Source of the DNA: a virus | Taxonomy: Duplodnaviria > Caudoviricetes | Virus record (IMG/VR): IMGVR_UViG_3300044627_002380 | Location: 1-27,437 of that record | DNA: 27,437 nucleotides | Reading direction: 5' to 3' (one strand) | Shown: in pieces, positions 26,838 through 27,437 of the stretch | How positions within the stretch are numbered: the stretch's first letter is position 1 | How the letters are laid out: each line of letters starts with the position of its first letter | Position numbers and translations under genes: made by a program | Notes under the pieces: model-generated | What the model saw: the letters and a program-made list of their open reading frames with translations, nothing else | Told to the model about the DNA's origin: nothing | Databases searched by the model: none

Positions 26838-27281
26838 ATGAACGCACTACAAAATGTGAAGGTTGTCAACGTTACGCCACCAGCTGCAATCGTTGACAAT
26901 GCATCGTTTACAACTAACACGATCGACACAGCTGGCTTTGGTAAGCTCGCAGTGTATTTCAGCCTCGGTGCAACAGACATCGCGATGGCAGCCCTCAAAC
27001 TCCAGGAGTCGGACGACTCTGGCATGAGTGGAGCTGCTGACATCACGGGCTGTGTATACGGCGCAACGGGTGCACCTGCACTGCCAACGGCTAACGATGA
27101 CAACAAGGTCTTCGGGTTCTTTGTGAACCTCGCAGGTCGTGATCGTTATATCGACGTTGTTGCTACAGCTGGCGACGGCTCTGCTGGTACCTTCGGATCA
27201 TGCATCGCTGTTCTCTATAACGGCGAAGGCATCAACGACGCTACCGAACGCGGTCTTGCTGCTAACATCATCAAGGACTAA
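26838..27281 (+). CDS. Probable capsid decoration/cement protein
   Basis: Directly after the MCP, 147 aa, beta-rich, 'IDTAGF...LQESDD...RYIDV'. Confidence 0.55.
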   Translation: MNALQNVKVVNVTPPAAIVDNASFTTNTIDTAGFGKLAVYFSLGATDIAMAALKLQESDDSGMSGAADITGCVYGATGAPALPTANDDNKVFGFFVNLAGRDRYIDVVATAGDGSAGTFGSCIAVLYNGEGINDATERGLAANIIKD

Positions 27282-27301
27282 CTAACAGAGTTGTTCTGAC
27301 G

Positions 27302-27321
27302 ACTGGGCCCACGGGCCCAGT
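27302..27321. other. GC-rich hairpin after the head genes
   Basis: ACTGGGCCC-AC-GGGCCCAGT; no U-tract follows. Confidence 0.6.
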
Positions 27322-27344
27322 GGTGAGCACAGCAAAGGCATACA

Positions 27345-27437
27345 ATGATTATCCTATCGTCATCTGGCGCACGTGTTGATTTGGAGCTACGACAAGGGGC
27401 AGCCTTTGCACGTACCTTCACACATAAGACGAACGGG
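27345..27437 (+). CDS. Virion protein, 3'-truncated
   Basis: AAAGG RBS; MIILSSSGARVDLELRQGAAFARTFTHKTNG runs off the window end. Confidence 0.55.
   Translation, partial: MIILSSSGARVDLELRQGAAFARTFTHKTNG

Overview
The window is most of a tailed (siphovirus-type, HK97-fold) phage genome, with every credible gene on the + strand. It opens inside a head-tail connector gene and ends just past the capsid genes, so it looks circularly permuted with a gap. Gene order: neck/tail module (1-11195, with a GT2 glycosyltransferase just before the major tail protein); early/accessory region (11200-17541) of small ORFs, a second GT2, an RHH regulator, a PD-(D/E)XK exonuclease and an SSB-like protein; primase/VirE-VapE helicase followed by an iteron-rich putative origin; VRR-NUC nuclease; a stand-alone DnaA domain-IV protein; then terS, terL, portal-MuF fusion, protease, capsid. 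No integrase, lysis genes, DNA polymerase, tRNA or CRISPR was recognised. The most notable feature is the DnaA C-terminal-domain gene together with two perfect intergenic DnaA boxes, one before terS and one before protease/capsid. Also notable: an ACACGGAG box before early genes, a likely +1 frameshift in the tail chaperone and an origin embedded in an ORF. All calls come from reading motifs by eye; no searches were run.
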